This document shows, piece by piece, positions 30,769 to 40,194 of a DNA stretch of 64,000 nt (within the stretch, counting starts at the first letter, position 1; each line of letters begins with the position of its first letter). The stretch is from NCBI GenBank assembly GCA_963692865.2, contig OY843592.1, forward strand, positions 1,440,001 through 1,504,000, given 5' to 3'. The DNA is from a bacterium. Its GTDB lineage: Bacteria > UBA8248. Under the pieces are notes generated by a model. That model did not search any database. It was given only the letters and a program-made list of their open reading frames with translations, and was not told the origin of the DNA. A program made the translations under genes and the position numbers.

Positions 30769-30993
30769 ACGAGCGCGGGTGAACCGGCTGGATCGTTGTT
30801 TCCGCCACCGATCCCGGATTCCGGCGTTCGCAGGCCGCGCGTTTTCGGGGGGAGACGGCCTTCCGTCCGCCGGGAGATGATTCCCTCGGGCGTTCCCGGC
30901 GATTTGGCCGCGCGCGGGGAGGTGGTACCATGGAGCGGCGCGAGGACGTTCAAAGACCCATCTGAATCTCTATTCCGAAAGATGGGGCGAAAG

Positions 30994-31305
30994 ATGACCG
31001 ATTACCAGTTCTACATGTTTCTGGCCACTGCCGCCGGTCCCCTCGTGGCGCTCGGCGTCGGCGGCGCGCAGTGCCTGCTGATCTTCGGTGGACTCCGGCA
31101 GATGGAGGCGGCCACGCGCGCGCGGGAGCAGTTGCACGCCGAGACCATGGCGGACATGGAATCGCGGCACGCGCAAACCATGGCGACTCACAGAGAGACC
31201 ATGGCGGCTCACGCGGAGACCATGGCGGCTATCGAAAGGCGACATGCCGAAAACATGGCCGCGCTGAAGGAACTCATCCGCCGCACCGGAAGCGGGATCG
31301 AGTAA
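30994..31305 (+). CDS. N-terminal TM + heptad-repeat coiled-coil protein (copy 2, one extra heptad)
   Basis: 103 aa versus 96 aa; extra 21-nt CACGCGGAGACCATGGCGGCT unit. Confidence 0.7.
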   Translation: MTDYQFYMFLATAAGPLVALGVGGAQCLLIFGGLRQMEAATRAREQLHAETMADMESRHAQTMATHRETMAAHAETMAAIERRHAENMAALKELIRRTGSGIE

Positions 31306-31428
31306 TTGATCCGCAAGGGGGAGTGGTTCCGAATCTGCGTTCCGTCGGTCGTAGGGCCCCATCCCTAGCAGAGGACAACTCCTGCGGTTGTCCTGTATTT
31401 CGGGTTCGAATCGTTCTTTGTCGTGGGT

Positions 31429-31683
31429 TTACTCCAAAGGAGCGATCTTTCCGGGTGGTTCGAGGTTTTGCGCTCGGCGCCAGGCTTCGCGGAGTTCAGC
31501 CTGGTGAATGGAAGCCCATTCGATTACCAGACCGCGCGCGGGAGAAGGCTGCCTTCCAGCACCGAGAGGGTCTCGATGCCCACCAGTATTTCATCTCCGG
31601 CATAGGACGCATGAAAGTGAGGGGGTCCGTTCTCCGAGATACATGCGAATGACGATCCCGTAAAACCGGCAGAGTTCAGGCAT
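31429..31683 (-). pseudogene. DUF4160 (TA-associated) pseudogene with two frameshifts
   Basis: MPELCRFYGIVIRMY / GPPHFHASYAGDE...EGSL / GLVIEWASIHQAELREAW...KIAPLE* joined only by frameshifts. Confidence 0.8.
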
Positions 31684-31951
31684 CTTGCGCCGGGAACTTC
31701 GCTCCCGGTATGACTTCTTCAATGGATTTGCCGGTGAGTTCCAGGTAGAGGGCGTCCGCGCAAAGCTCGACTTCCTCATCCCAGGTGATGGCCCTGTGGG
31801 GAGCGATGCGGACTTTCTCGAAACAGCCTGGTTTGCCTCAGGCCTCGAATGCGCCGCGGCCGGAGAGGTCGATCTCACCGGCCATGCCGTCGGAATACCG
31901 AATCCATATCCGGTATCCCGGACGCGGCTCCACGCAAACCGGTTGAATCAT
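31676..31951 (-). pseudogene. DUF2442 (TA-associated) pseudogene with premature TGA
   Basis: MIQPVCVEPRPGYRIWIRYSDGMAGEIDLS..FEA*GKP..AITWDEEVELCADALYL; TGA at 31838-31840. Confidence 0.78.
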
Positions 31952-32063
31952 CGCTTCTCCTCCATACTTGACAGAGACGGCCTGCGCGCTGGATCCCCCA
32001 ACGGTTCCATCCCCTTTTCAGGATTATGCCAGAAGCGATGGGGACAGGCACGGGGGTCTGTCG

Positions 32064-33779
32064 CTACTCCGCCTTTTCGAGCATCTCTCTCGCGTGCTCT
32101 CTGGCCGCGTCGGTGATTTCGAGTCCCGTGCCCATGCGGGCGATCTCCTCCACGCGCTTATGGTCGTCCAGAACCTCGACGCGCGTCTGCGTGCGCTCCC
32201 CTGCGACGTGCTTTTCCACCCGGAAGTGGCGGTCGCCCAGGCTCGCGACCTGGGGCAGGTGGGTGACGACGAGCACCTGATGGCTCGCCGATACGCCTTT
32301 CAGTTTTCTGCCCACCACTTCGGCAACGGCCCCGCCGATACCTGCGTCCACCTCGTCGAAGATGAGTGTGGGAATCAAGTCCGCCCGCCTTAATACCGAC
32401 TCCAGGGCCAGCATCAGCCGCGAGAGTTCCCCGCCCGAGGCGACGCGGCTTAAGCCTCTCGGCGGCTCGCCGGGGTTGGGCGAGAAGTGGAACTGGGCGC
32501 GGTCGACGCCGTCGGCGCGGAGAGCCACCGCGCGCCCGCCTGCGCGGATGAAGCCCTCGGGGTCTTCCTGGTGCGTGATGAGCGTCTGGAACCTGGCGCC
32601 CGCAAGGCCCAGCTCGCTCAGGGCCTCTTCCATGCGCGCGTCCAGACTCCCGGCGGCGCGCGATCTTTTCTCGGACAGGGCGAGGGCGGCTTTTGCGAGT
32701 TCGGCCCTGAGCGCGTCGCGCGCTCCGGCGAGGCGCGCTTCGGTTCCTTCCTCATCCGAAATCGCGGCGAGGCTGCTCCGGCACTCCTCGAGATACGCGA
32801 GGCATTCGGCCTCGTCGCTCCCGTATTTCCTGATCATCTCGCGTATCACCGCGCGCCTCGCTTCCAGGGCTTCCAGGCGTTCGGGGTCGTGCTCGATTCC
32901 TTCCGCGTAGCCGCGAAGCGAATCGGCGAGGCTTTCCAGTTGCGCCTGCGCGGATGCGGCTTCCTCTTGAAGGGGACGTAAGGACTCATCGAGACCGGCG
33001 ATATCTTCGAGTTCGCGCTGGATCTCGCCCGTCTTTTCGACCACCGCCCCTTCCGCCTCGTAGAGCCGCTCGTAGAGCGAAGCGGCGCCTTCAATCAGTC
33101 GGCCCGCGTTTCTGAGCCGGGGGAGTTCGGCCTCGATCTCCGCAAGCTCCCCTGCGCGCAGCGCCGCCTTTTCGAGTTCTTCGGCCTGGAAGCGCAGGAG
33201 GTCCGCCCTCCGGGCGCGCTCGCGCACGCCCTCCCGGTGGGCGCTTAGTTTTTCTTCGGCGGACTTGAGTTCGCGCACCAGTTCGCCCAGGGCGGTTCGC
33301 GCCCCGCTCGTTCCCGCGAAATCATCCAGAAGCCCCAGGTGGGATGCGGGGCGCAGGAGGCTTTGGTGCGCGTGCTGGCCGTGGATGTTCACGAGGCGAT
33401 CGCCCACCCGGGAGAGCAGCGACGCCGTGCCGAGCACGCCGTTGAGATAAATGCGGCTTCTGCCCGCTTCCGCGACTCTGCGGCGCACGATGAGTTCGCC
33501 GTCCTCCTCAATTTCCACGCCAGCCTCTTCGAGCAGGGAGCGTGCCGCGAGGCCGCCCGCGGTGTCGGGTATCTCGAAGAGGGATTCGACGAGCGCCTCC
33601 CTGGCGCCCCCGCGGACGAGGTCGCCCCCCGCGCGCGCGCCGAGCGTGAGGTTCAGGGCATCGAAGATGATGGATTTTCCCGCGCCCGTCTCGCCCGTGA
33701 GGACGTTCAGTCCCGGGCCGAAGGTGATCTCCAAATCGTCGATGATGGCGAAGTTCGTGATCTTGAGAAGGCGGAGCAT
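32064..33779 (-). CDS. recN: DNA repair protein RecN
   Basis: LTGETGAGKS, IHGQH, ASGGELSR, IFDEVDAGIGG, VTHLPQVA. Confidence 0.96.
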   Translation of the reverse strand: MLRLLKITNFAIIDDLEITFGPGLNVLTGETGAGKSIIFDALNLTLGARAGGDLVRGGAREALVESLFEIPDTAGGLAARSLLEEAGVEIEEDGELIVRRRVAEAGRSRIYLNGVLGTASLLSRVGDRLVNIHGQHAHQSLLRPASHLGLLDDFAGTSGARTALGELVRELKSAEEKLSAHREGVRERARRADLLRFQAEELEKAALRAGELAEIEAELPRLRNAGRLIEGAASLYERLYEAEGAVVEKTGEIQRELEDIAGLDESLRPLQEEAASAQAQLESLADSLRGYAEGIEHDPERLEALEARRAVIREMIRKYGSDEAECLAYLEECRSSLAAISDEEGTEARLAGARDALRAELAKAALALSEKRSRAAGSLDARMEEALSELGLAGARFQTLITHQEDPEGFIRAGGRAVALRADGVDRAQFHFSPNPGEPPRGLSRVASGGELSRLMLALESVLRRADLIPTLIFDEVDAGIGGAVAEVVGRKLKGVSASHQVLVVTHLPQVASLGDRHFRVEKHVAGERTQTRVEVLDDHKRVEEIARMGTGLEITDAAREHAREMLEKAE

Positions 33780-33785
33780 CGGGGC

Positions 33786-34691
33786 TTAAGTCTTTCGCCC
33801 GCCGCGCGGGTGGGTCTCCCACAGGAGCTTTTCACGCAGGGTTTCGAAGAAATCCGCCCCCTTGGGCCGGATGATCCGCACCGGCGTCCTGCTTTTCCTG
33901 ATTTTCACCGAGTCGCCCGCTTCGAGTTCGCATCCGGGGAAGCCGTCGAGCGTGAGGAGAACCTCGCGTCCCTCGGCCTCGGTGTCCGGGAAGATGGTGA
34001 TCTCCAGTTCCGCCTCGGCGGGCACGACGATGGGCCGGTTGCTGAGCGTGTGCGGGCATATCGGGTTGATGAGCATCACGTTCAGATCGGGCAGCACGAG
34101 CGGCCCGCCCGCGGAGAGCGAATATGCCGTGGAGCCCGTGGGCGTGGCGACGATGAGGCCGTCCGCGCGGAAATAGCCCAGATGCCTGCCTTCCATCTGA
34201 ACCTCGTATTCGACCATGCGCGCCAGGGGTCCGGTTGTGAGCACGATGTCGTTCAGCGAATCAGACAGCGCGGGCGGCGCGCCCCCGTTTTTTCGCACCG
34301 AAGCGTCGAGCCGCATGCGTGATTCGATGGAAAACTCCTTCTTGATCAGTATCCGCTCCAGCGCCGGGTAGAGTTCGGCCTGGGGCACGTCCGCCAGAAA
34401 GCCCAGGTGCCCGGTGTTGATGCCCAAAAGCAGCGGGGAATCTTCGCCGATGTTGTGCGCGGTGCGCAGCATGGAGCCGTCGCCGCCGAAGACGATGACC
34501 AGATCGGCGCGCTTGACGACCTCCTCGCGCGGTAGTCCGGTTGCCTCTCCCGCCATCCGGGCCGTGTCCAGATCGAGGTGAACCTCGAAGCCCCTGTCTT
34601 TCAGCCAGGCGGCCAGCCCGGCGAAGTCGAGCGGGTTTTTTTGCGCTCCCGCCCATGCGGTCAGTGCGATGCGTGCAATGTTCGTCGCCAC
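33786..34691 (-). CDS. nadK: NAD+ kinase
   Basis: GGDGS, GINTGHLGFL, ND, DGLIVATPTGSTAYSLSAGG; probable GTG start at 34691. Confidence 0.93.
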   Translation of the reverse strand: MATNIARIALTAWAGAQKNPLDFAGLAAWLKDRGFEVHLDLDTARMAGEATGLPREEVVKRADLVIVFGGDGSMLRTAHNIGEDSPLLLGINTGHLGFLADVPQAELYPALERILIKKEFSIESRMRLDASVRKNGGAPPALSDSLNDIVLTTGPLARMVEYEVQMEGRHLGYFRADGLIVATPTGSTAYSLSAGGPLVLPDLNVMLINPICPHTLSNRPIVVPAEAELEITIFPDTEAEGREVLLTLDGFPGCELEAGDSVKIRKSRTPVRIIRPKGADFFETLREKLLWETHPRGGRKT

Positions 34692-34830
34692 GTGATGCGT
34701 CTCCCGAATCAATTCCGGTGGCAAGGTATCCCAGGGTCTGCGCCCCGGCAACCGTATACCGAAGATGATCTCAGTGGGACTGATACCCTTGGACCTACTA
34801 TTTATATGATGAATCTTCGTTGGACAATGA

Positions 34831-35697
34831 TTAGTTGCGCGGTGCTACATGCTTCGGTGGCGTTTTTCCGTTGATCCAATCGACGATAGCGGCCACCGTT
34901 TCACGTTCCGCTCCAAAGAAGCCATGCCGACTTCTGGCCTTGCACGGCCGGCTTTTTGGTTCATGGCCTCCACTTACGGAAACGAAATGCTTACGCGGAT
35001 TGTTCGGCAATTCATTGAAAATTTTTTGACCGGCGTTGTAAGGCGTTCCACGGCATCCATCGTCGATGTGATGAGCAACCAGCGTCGGTCGTTTGATCCG
35101 GCTTGCATCATGGACAACTTCGCTCTTGCTCGCAGTCAATACATAGCCTTTGACATTTGGATGCGCTATGACGGTCGCCAGGTATCCTACGGATAGCGTG
35201 CCCCTGCTGGTGCCTGCCAGATAGACGCCGCAGGCCTTCTCCTCTTTCGTGAGGAAATCAACCACCGCCCGTATATCCTCGTGATGTTCTTTCGAAGTAC
35301 GGAAGGAATCGCTCAACATTTTCCTGTCCGATGGAAGATCGAGCAGAACGGTAATGAGACCCGCTCTGGCGAAAAGCGGAGCGCTCCTGATCAGAAAATT
35401 TCGGCTTACCCTCAAGCGCCTGCCCTTGCGTTTCGTAATCCACTTCGCTTTTCCGCCGGTAAACAACATAACCGCGAGGCATCCTGCTTTTTCCTCTTTG
35501 GCGGTCAAAAACCTTAGCCGGATTCCCGGGCGAGTGGATATCTTGATGTCTTCCCACAGCAGTGGCGCGCCGGGGTCCCTGAAATCGTGGTAAAGAATGA
35601 CATCCACGTCCTTGCGCTCAATCAAGTCTGCATGCCCAAGTGGAACAACAAAAAAGATGAACAGAAATACCGCCGAAATGATTCGCTTGAAGTGCAT
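34831..35697 (-). CDS. Secreted alpha/beta-hydrolase fold protein
   Basis: Signal peptide, GTSRG nucleophile elbow, HHIDDGC, HGFFG; lower GC than flanks. Confidence 0.75.
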   Translation of the reverse strand: MHFKRIISAVFLFIFFVVPLGHADLIERKDVDVILYHDFRDPGAPLLWEDIKISTRPGIRLRFLTAKEEKAGCLAVMLFTGGKAKWITKRKGRRLRVSRNFLIRSAPLFARAGLITVLLDLPSDRKMLSDSFRTSKEHHEDIRAVVDFLTKEEKACGVYLAGTSRGTLSVGYLATVIAHPNVKGYVLTASKSEVVHDASRIKRPTLVAHHIDDGCRGTPYNAGQKIFNELPNNPRKHFVSVSGGHEPKSRPCKARSRHGFFGAERETVAAIVDWINGKTPPKHVAPRN

Positions 35698-35809
35698 TTA
35701 CACCTCTTCCCGTTTCGATAGTTTGTTAAATGTCAATTACCTAAATGCGGTAAGATGCGCGAATATACTACCTAGAAGTCATAGTTTGATACAAACATAT
35801 CCTCGCCGT

Positions 35810-36727
35810 TCATCCGCGCGCCTGCAGCGCGGCGTCTTTTCTTCGCCGGGGCAGGCGCCGCCAGTAACGGCAGGCGTCCTGAAGCGGGCAGCCCGCGCAG
35901 AGTTTGATGTCTCTTTTGCTCGGGCAATGCTTCAGGATGCCCATCCGCGAGATGGCGAAATCGTAGCGCACCGGATCCTCGGGGTCGATGCGCTTCAGGT
36001 TTCTGGTGATCTCGATCGCCATCTTGAGGTCGGGCGTCTTCCTGTCGGTGAGTCCCAGAAGGCGCCCGATGCGCGCGATGTGGGTGTCGAGCGGTATGAT
36101 GAGCTGGCTCGTTTTCGGTCCTTTCCACAGTCCTAAGTCCAGGCCGTCGGCGGGCCGCACCATCCACCGGAGGAACAGGTGGAGGCGCTTGCACGCGCTG
36201 CCGCTCTCGGGGTCGGGCAGGAGATAGCGGACGCCGCGCTCGACCCTTGCGTTCGCGGGCGGCGCCGGTAGGGACCGGAGCAGGCGCTCACGGAACCGTT
36301 TGAGCGCCCCCTGAAGGGTCTCCTCCTCCGCGCGGTAGCCTTCCAGGAACAAGGCTTCGAGCGATCCCTCGCTCCTGAGCGCGGCGCCGATGGCATTTGT
36401 GAGTAGTCCGATTGCCTCCGGCCCCACCCACCGGTGGTAGAGGCCCTCGAAGAGGCGGACGCTCTCTTCGGGGTCATAACGGCGCAGCGCGGCGGCCGGT
36501 CGTGGTCCCAGCCGCTCCATGATGCGCTTTACGCTCATCCGTATGGCGGCGGCGTTGCCAAACGCCAAAGATGCGCTCAGAAACGCGGCGACCTCGCGGT
36601 CCCGCGCGCCCCGGTAGGCGTGCGCGAGGCCGAGCGGGTCGGTGGCGAGATAGGCGTCGTGGTACGTGCGGGCGAGCGCGTCGAGTTTCTCCTTGAGAAG
36701 GGGCACGTCCCTGCTCCTGAGAGCCAT
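35810..36727 (-). CDS. TIGR02757/DUF2400 family protein
   Basis: DP..., LAFG, SACKRLHLFLRWMVR, DLGLW, IPLDTH, DPVRYDFA. Confidence 0.88.
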   Translation of the reverse strand: MALRSRDVPLLKEKLDALARTYHDAYLATDPLGLAHAYRGARDREVAAFLSASLAFGNAAAIRMSVKRIMERLGPRPAAALRRYDPEESVRLFEGLYHRWVGPEAIGLLTNAIGAALRSEGSLEALFLEGYRAEEETLQGALKRFRERLLRSLPAPPANARVERGVRYLLPDPESGSACKRLHLFLRWMVRPADGLDLGLWKGPKTSQLIIPLDTHIARIGRLLGLTDRKTPDLKMAIEITRNLKRIDPEDPVRYDFAISRMGILKHCPSKRDIKLCAGCPLQDACRYWRRLPRRRKDAALQARG

Positions 36728-37176
36728 TAGAACGCGCCCTTTGAGTCGAGCAGCAGGGTGACGGGGCCGTCGTTCACGAGTTGAACGTCCATCATCGCGC
36801 CGAAGCGGCCCGCCCCGACGCGAACGCCCAGTTTTTCGACCTGCGTGATGAACCGCTCATAGAGAGGCTCCGCCCGCTCGGGCGGGGCCGCGGCGATGAA
36901 GGCGGGGCGCCTCCCCTTCCGGCAATCGCCGTGCAGGGTGAACTGGCTGACGACGAGCATCGCTCCGCCGGCGTCGAGAAGCGAGAGGTTCATCTTCTGC
37001 GCCTCGTCCGGGAATATCCTTAGATTGGCGATTTTCCCGGCGAGGAAATCGGCGTCTTCCTCCTTGTCCTCGCTCCCGACCCCCAGAAACACGAGGAGTC
37101 CGCCCCGGATTTCGCCGACGGTCTCCCCGTCCACCCGGACGCCGGCCTCGCTCACGCGCTGCACGACGGCTCTCAT
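36727..37176 (-). CDS. dtd: D-aminoacyl-tRNA deacylase
   Basis: [20 protein letters not shown]. Confidence 0.96.
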   Translation of the reverse strand: MRAVVQRVSEAGVRVDGETVGEIRGGLLVFLGVGSEDKEEDADFLAGKIANLRIFPDEAQKMNLSLLDAGGAMLVVSQFTLHGDCRKGRRPAFIAAAPPERAEPLYERFITQVEKLGVRVGAGRFGAMMDVQLVNDGPVTLLLDSKGAF

Positions 37177-37460
37177 ATCGGCTCATCCCGTGGAATCATT
37201 TTATTTTCTCCGGTTCGCCCGCTTGTCCGTGAATCCCGCTCTGCGACGGCGACGGGATCAAGGATATACGGCGGAACCGTTCAGATTCAACGCCGTCGAA
37301 CTCACGACCCTGCGGGGCGGCGTTTTCAACTCCCCTGTGTGGCTCGGCTCGGTTGAAATGTGGAGAGCAATGTGCGACATATCCTTGTAAGTTTTTCGTA
37401 TCGCATATTCATACAAAACCGGATAGTACGTCTTCACCTTAGCCGCAATGGGGGCGGCCA

Positions 37461-38063
37461 TTGTCCAGCGCGAAGAAATATTCCCGGAAAAAGGTGTTCA
37501 CCACGTTCGAGGTGGCGGAAATTTGCGACGTCACGCCGGTCACGATTCAAAACTGGATAGACAAGGGCTGGCTGCGCGCGTACCGGACGCCCGGCGGCCA
37601 TAGAAGAGTGGGGAAAGAGGCGCTCCTCTCCTTTCTGGAGTCACGCGGCATGCCCCATCCTTTCCCGGGCAGGGGAAGGAGCCCCCGGGTGCTCATCGTG
37701 AACGGCGACCGGGGTCTCGCCGACTCTCTCAAAGAAGCGCTCTCCCTCGACGAGCCGGGCTGTGAAATTCAAGTGGCCCACGACGGGTTCCGGGCCGGCG
37801 TCCTTTTTTCCGCCTCGCATCCGGACGTGGTGATACTCGACCTGAATCATTCAGGCGTGGACGGTTACGAGGTGTGCCGCCAGATCAAGGAAGGCGAGGC
37901 CGGCGGTGATGCGATCGTCGTAGCGATCGACGGAGGCGACGGGGAGGGGCGCAAGCGCATTCTCGATATGGGCGCGGCGCATTGCCTCCCCGCGCCGGTG
38001 GACGCGGCGGGGCTCAGGAATCTGGTGAAAGAGACCGTCCTGAATCGCTGGAGGTCTGCGTAG
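37461..38063 (+). CDS. Excisionase/MerR-type HTH + receiver domain regulator
   Basis: FTTFEVAEIC..TIQNWIDKG..RTPGGHRR followed by a receiver (DVVILDL). Confidence 0.85.
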   Translation: MSSAKKYSRKKVFTTFEVAEICDVTPVTIQNWIDKGWLRAYRTPGGHRRVGKEALLSFLESRGMPHPFPGRGRSPRVLIVNGDRGLADSLKEALSLDEPGCEIQVAHDGFRAGVLFSASHPDVVILDLNHSGVDGYEVCRQIKEGEAGGDAIVVAIDGGDGEGRKRILDMGAAHCLPAPVDAAGLRNLVKETVLNRWRSA

Positions 38064-38131
38064 GCGCCGCCTCGAGATTTTCATGGCGCTGCTTGCGGCG
38101 TCGCCGGTACCGGGCCGACGAATGTTTTCGG

Positions 38132-39019
38132 CTAGTTCTCCTCGGGCGCGTCCCCGTCGGCGCCCCGGTTTCTCAGGAAGCGCTCCAGCTCCCTCGCTAA
38201 ATCGTCTCCCGAGGGAAGCTCGTCCGGCTGGTTCTCTTCATCCGAACCGTCGTCTCTGAGTTTGAGTTGATCCACGTAATCTCTCACCGACTTGTTTTTC
38301 TCCAGCGCCTCATCGACCTTCTCCTCGAATTCATGCGCGCCCGCCTCGAGTTCGGAGAGGTTCAAGGGGTAGGAGAGAAAGTCGCTGAGCCGCTCCACGA
38401 GGGCGAGCGCCGCCTTCGGGTTGGGCGTCACGTTCACGTAGTGGGGCACGTTCGCCCAGACGCTGACGGCGGGCAGGTTTTCGTCGCGGAACAGGTTGTT
38501 CAGGACGCCGACGATTCCGGTGGGCCCCTCGTAGCGCGAGGGCTTGAGGCCCAGTTGAGAGGCCAGATCGGGATTCGTGGATGTGCCTGTTATCCGGACG
38601 CGGCTCCGGTGGTAGACGTCGGCGAGCAGGGCGCCCACCGTCACGGCCATTCGCACCCGGCATTCGCGCACCATGGACAAGATGATTTTCGAGAATCGTC
38701 CCCACTGGAGATGAGGCTCCACGCCCAAAAACACCACCACGTCGTGTTCGAGGTTCGGCGTCTCGCATGCGTAGAACGTGTTCGAGGGCCAGGTGATCTT
38801 CCGGCGGCTGCTCTCGTCGAGGCTCACGTGGGGGCGCATGTCCTGAAAATTGTAGAACGGGTCGGAATCGATGCGGGCGAATTCCGCCCCCCCCATTTTC
38901 TCGGTGATGAAGCTGGCGGCGGTCGTGGCGGCGCTGCTGGCGTCGTTCCAGCCCGCGAAGGCCATGAGGAGCGCGGGGTCTCTGAGCTTCGGCGTTTCCT
39001 TGATGTCGAGATGTTCCAT
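38132..39019 (-). CDS. PAC2 (proteasome assembly chaperone-like) family protein
   Basis: AFAGWNDA, EPHLQW, YEGPTGIVGVL, WANVPHY, LPSGDDLARELERFL. Confidence 0.85.
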   Translation of the reverse strand: MEHLDIKETPKLRDPALLMAFAGWNDASSAATTAASFITEKMGGAEFARIDSDPFYNFQDMRPHVSLDESSRRKITWPSNTFYACETPNLEHDVVVFLGVEPHLQWGRFSKIILSMVRECRVRMAVTVGALLADVYHRSRVRITGTSTNPDLASQLGLKPSRYEGPTGIVGVLNNLFRDENLPAVSVWANVPHYVNVTPNPKAALALVERLSDFLSYPLNLSELEAGAHEFEEKVDEALEKNKSVRDYVDQLKLRDDGSDEENQPDELPSGDDLARELERFLRNRGADGDAPEEN

Positions 39020-39275
39020 TGTTTGTCCCCCCCCTGTGCCGCTTTATGACTCCGAGGTAAAAAGAAAGGGGTGCATTGTATGGGGTCTCGGGTGGGGATT
39101 CAATCCTTTGTTTCGGGGTTTCCCGCGCGGCGTTTGATGGAGGCGCGTCCGTGGGATATAAATTTTCAGCCCGTGAGTCTGCGGCGCTTTCCGGCAGGGG
39201 GAGGCGATTTCCCTTCTTCCGGGGCGGAGGCGTAGAGGAGCGGGCCGAATGCGGGTTGAACGTGAGGGATCGGTT

Positions 39276-40058
39276 ATGAACGCGCCCGAATCGGCGGGCA
39301 TGAAGGATAAGGTGGTTCTGGTGACGGGCGGCTCGCGCGGCATCGGCGCCGCCATCGCGCGTCGCTTCGCGCGGGAGGGGGCGCATCTGGTCCTGAATCA
39401 CAGGGACGGCAAGGGCAGGTCCGCCCGGATGGCGGAAGAGCTTTGCCGCGAGTTTGAGGCCGCAGGCGGACGGGCGGTCGGCATCCCGGCGGACATTTCG
39501 AAAAAAGACGCCGTCAAGGCCATGTTCGCCCGGGTGGAAGCGGAGTTCGGGCGGCTCGACGCGCTCGTCCTGAACGCGGCGCGCGCGCCCTTCAAGCCGT
39601 GGGAGAAGCTTCTGGAGCGCGACCTCAGGCTCCTGGTGGAGACGAATTTCCTGGGCAACGTCTTCTGCCTGCAGGGGGCGCTTCCGCTGCTCTCCCGCCG
39701 GGGCGGGGCCGTCGTGTTCATATCGAGTCTGGGGAGCCGCTTCTATCATCCCGAATACCCGCTGGGGCCCATGAAGGCGGCCATGGAAGCGGCGGTCAGG
39801 CATTGGGCGGAGAGCTTCGGGGAGAGCGGCGTGTCGGTAAACGCCGTCTGCGCGGGGCTGGTGAAGACGGATTCGTTCAAGACGCTGCGCATGATTCAGC
39901 CGGAACTGGACGAGTTGCCCGAGCGCTTTTTCGTGACGCCCGAGGAGGTGGCCGAATCAGTTTATTTCCTCGCAGGCGCGGGCGCGGCCTCCATACGCGG
40001 GCAGACCCTCGTGGTCGACAGGGGGCTCGGCAACTGCTTGAACCGCCCCCCGGGATAA
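39276..40058 (+). CDS. SDR, FabL-like enoyl-ACP reductase
   Basis: VTGGSRGIG, LNAA, ISSLGS.., Y..KAAME pattern resembling FabL; first gene of the FAS cluster. Confidence 0.65.
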   Translation: MNAPESAGMKDKVVLVTGGSRGIGAAIARRFAREGAHLVLNHRDGKGRSARMAEELCREFEAAGGRAVGIPADISKKDAVKAMFARVEAEFGRLDALVLNAARAPFKPWEKLLERDLRLLVETNFLGNVFCLQGALPLLSRRGGAVVFISSLGSRFYHPEYPLGPMKAAMEAAVRHWAESFGESGVSVNAVCAGLVKTDSFKTLRMIQPELDELPERFFVTPEEVAESVYFLAGAGAASIRGQTLVVDRGLGNCLNRPPG

Positions 40059-40194
40059 AAGAGCGGGAGAAATCCCCATGGAGTGGTTGATTTTCGCTCC
40101 CCTCCTTGGTTGTATACGCTTGCATGAACGGGAATTTCCGTGCGCGCCCGTACGCGAGGATGAACCGCGCGATTGATCGTTACAGAGGAAGGCC

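Noticed and set aside
29661-31305. Duplicate pair as a DGR template/variable repeat
   Set aside because: Differences are not adenine-specific, include a 21-nt indel, and no reverse transcriptase is present
31838-31840. Second selenocysteine TGA (in DUF2442)
   Set aside because: The position fits Trp rather than Cys, there is no redox motif or evident SECIS hairpin, and the partner gene is also decayed
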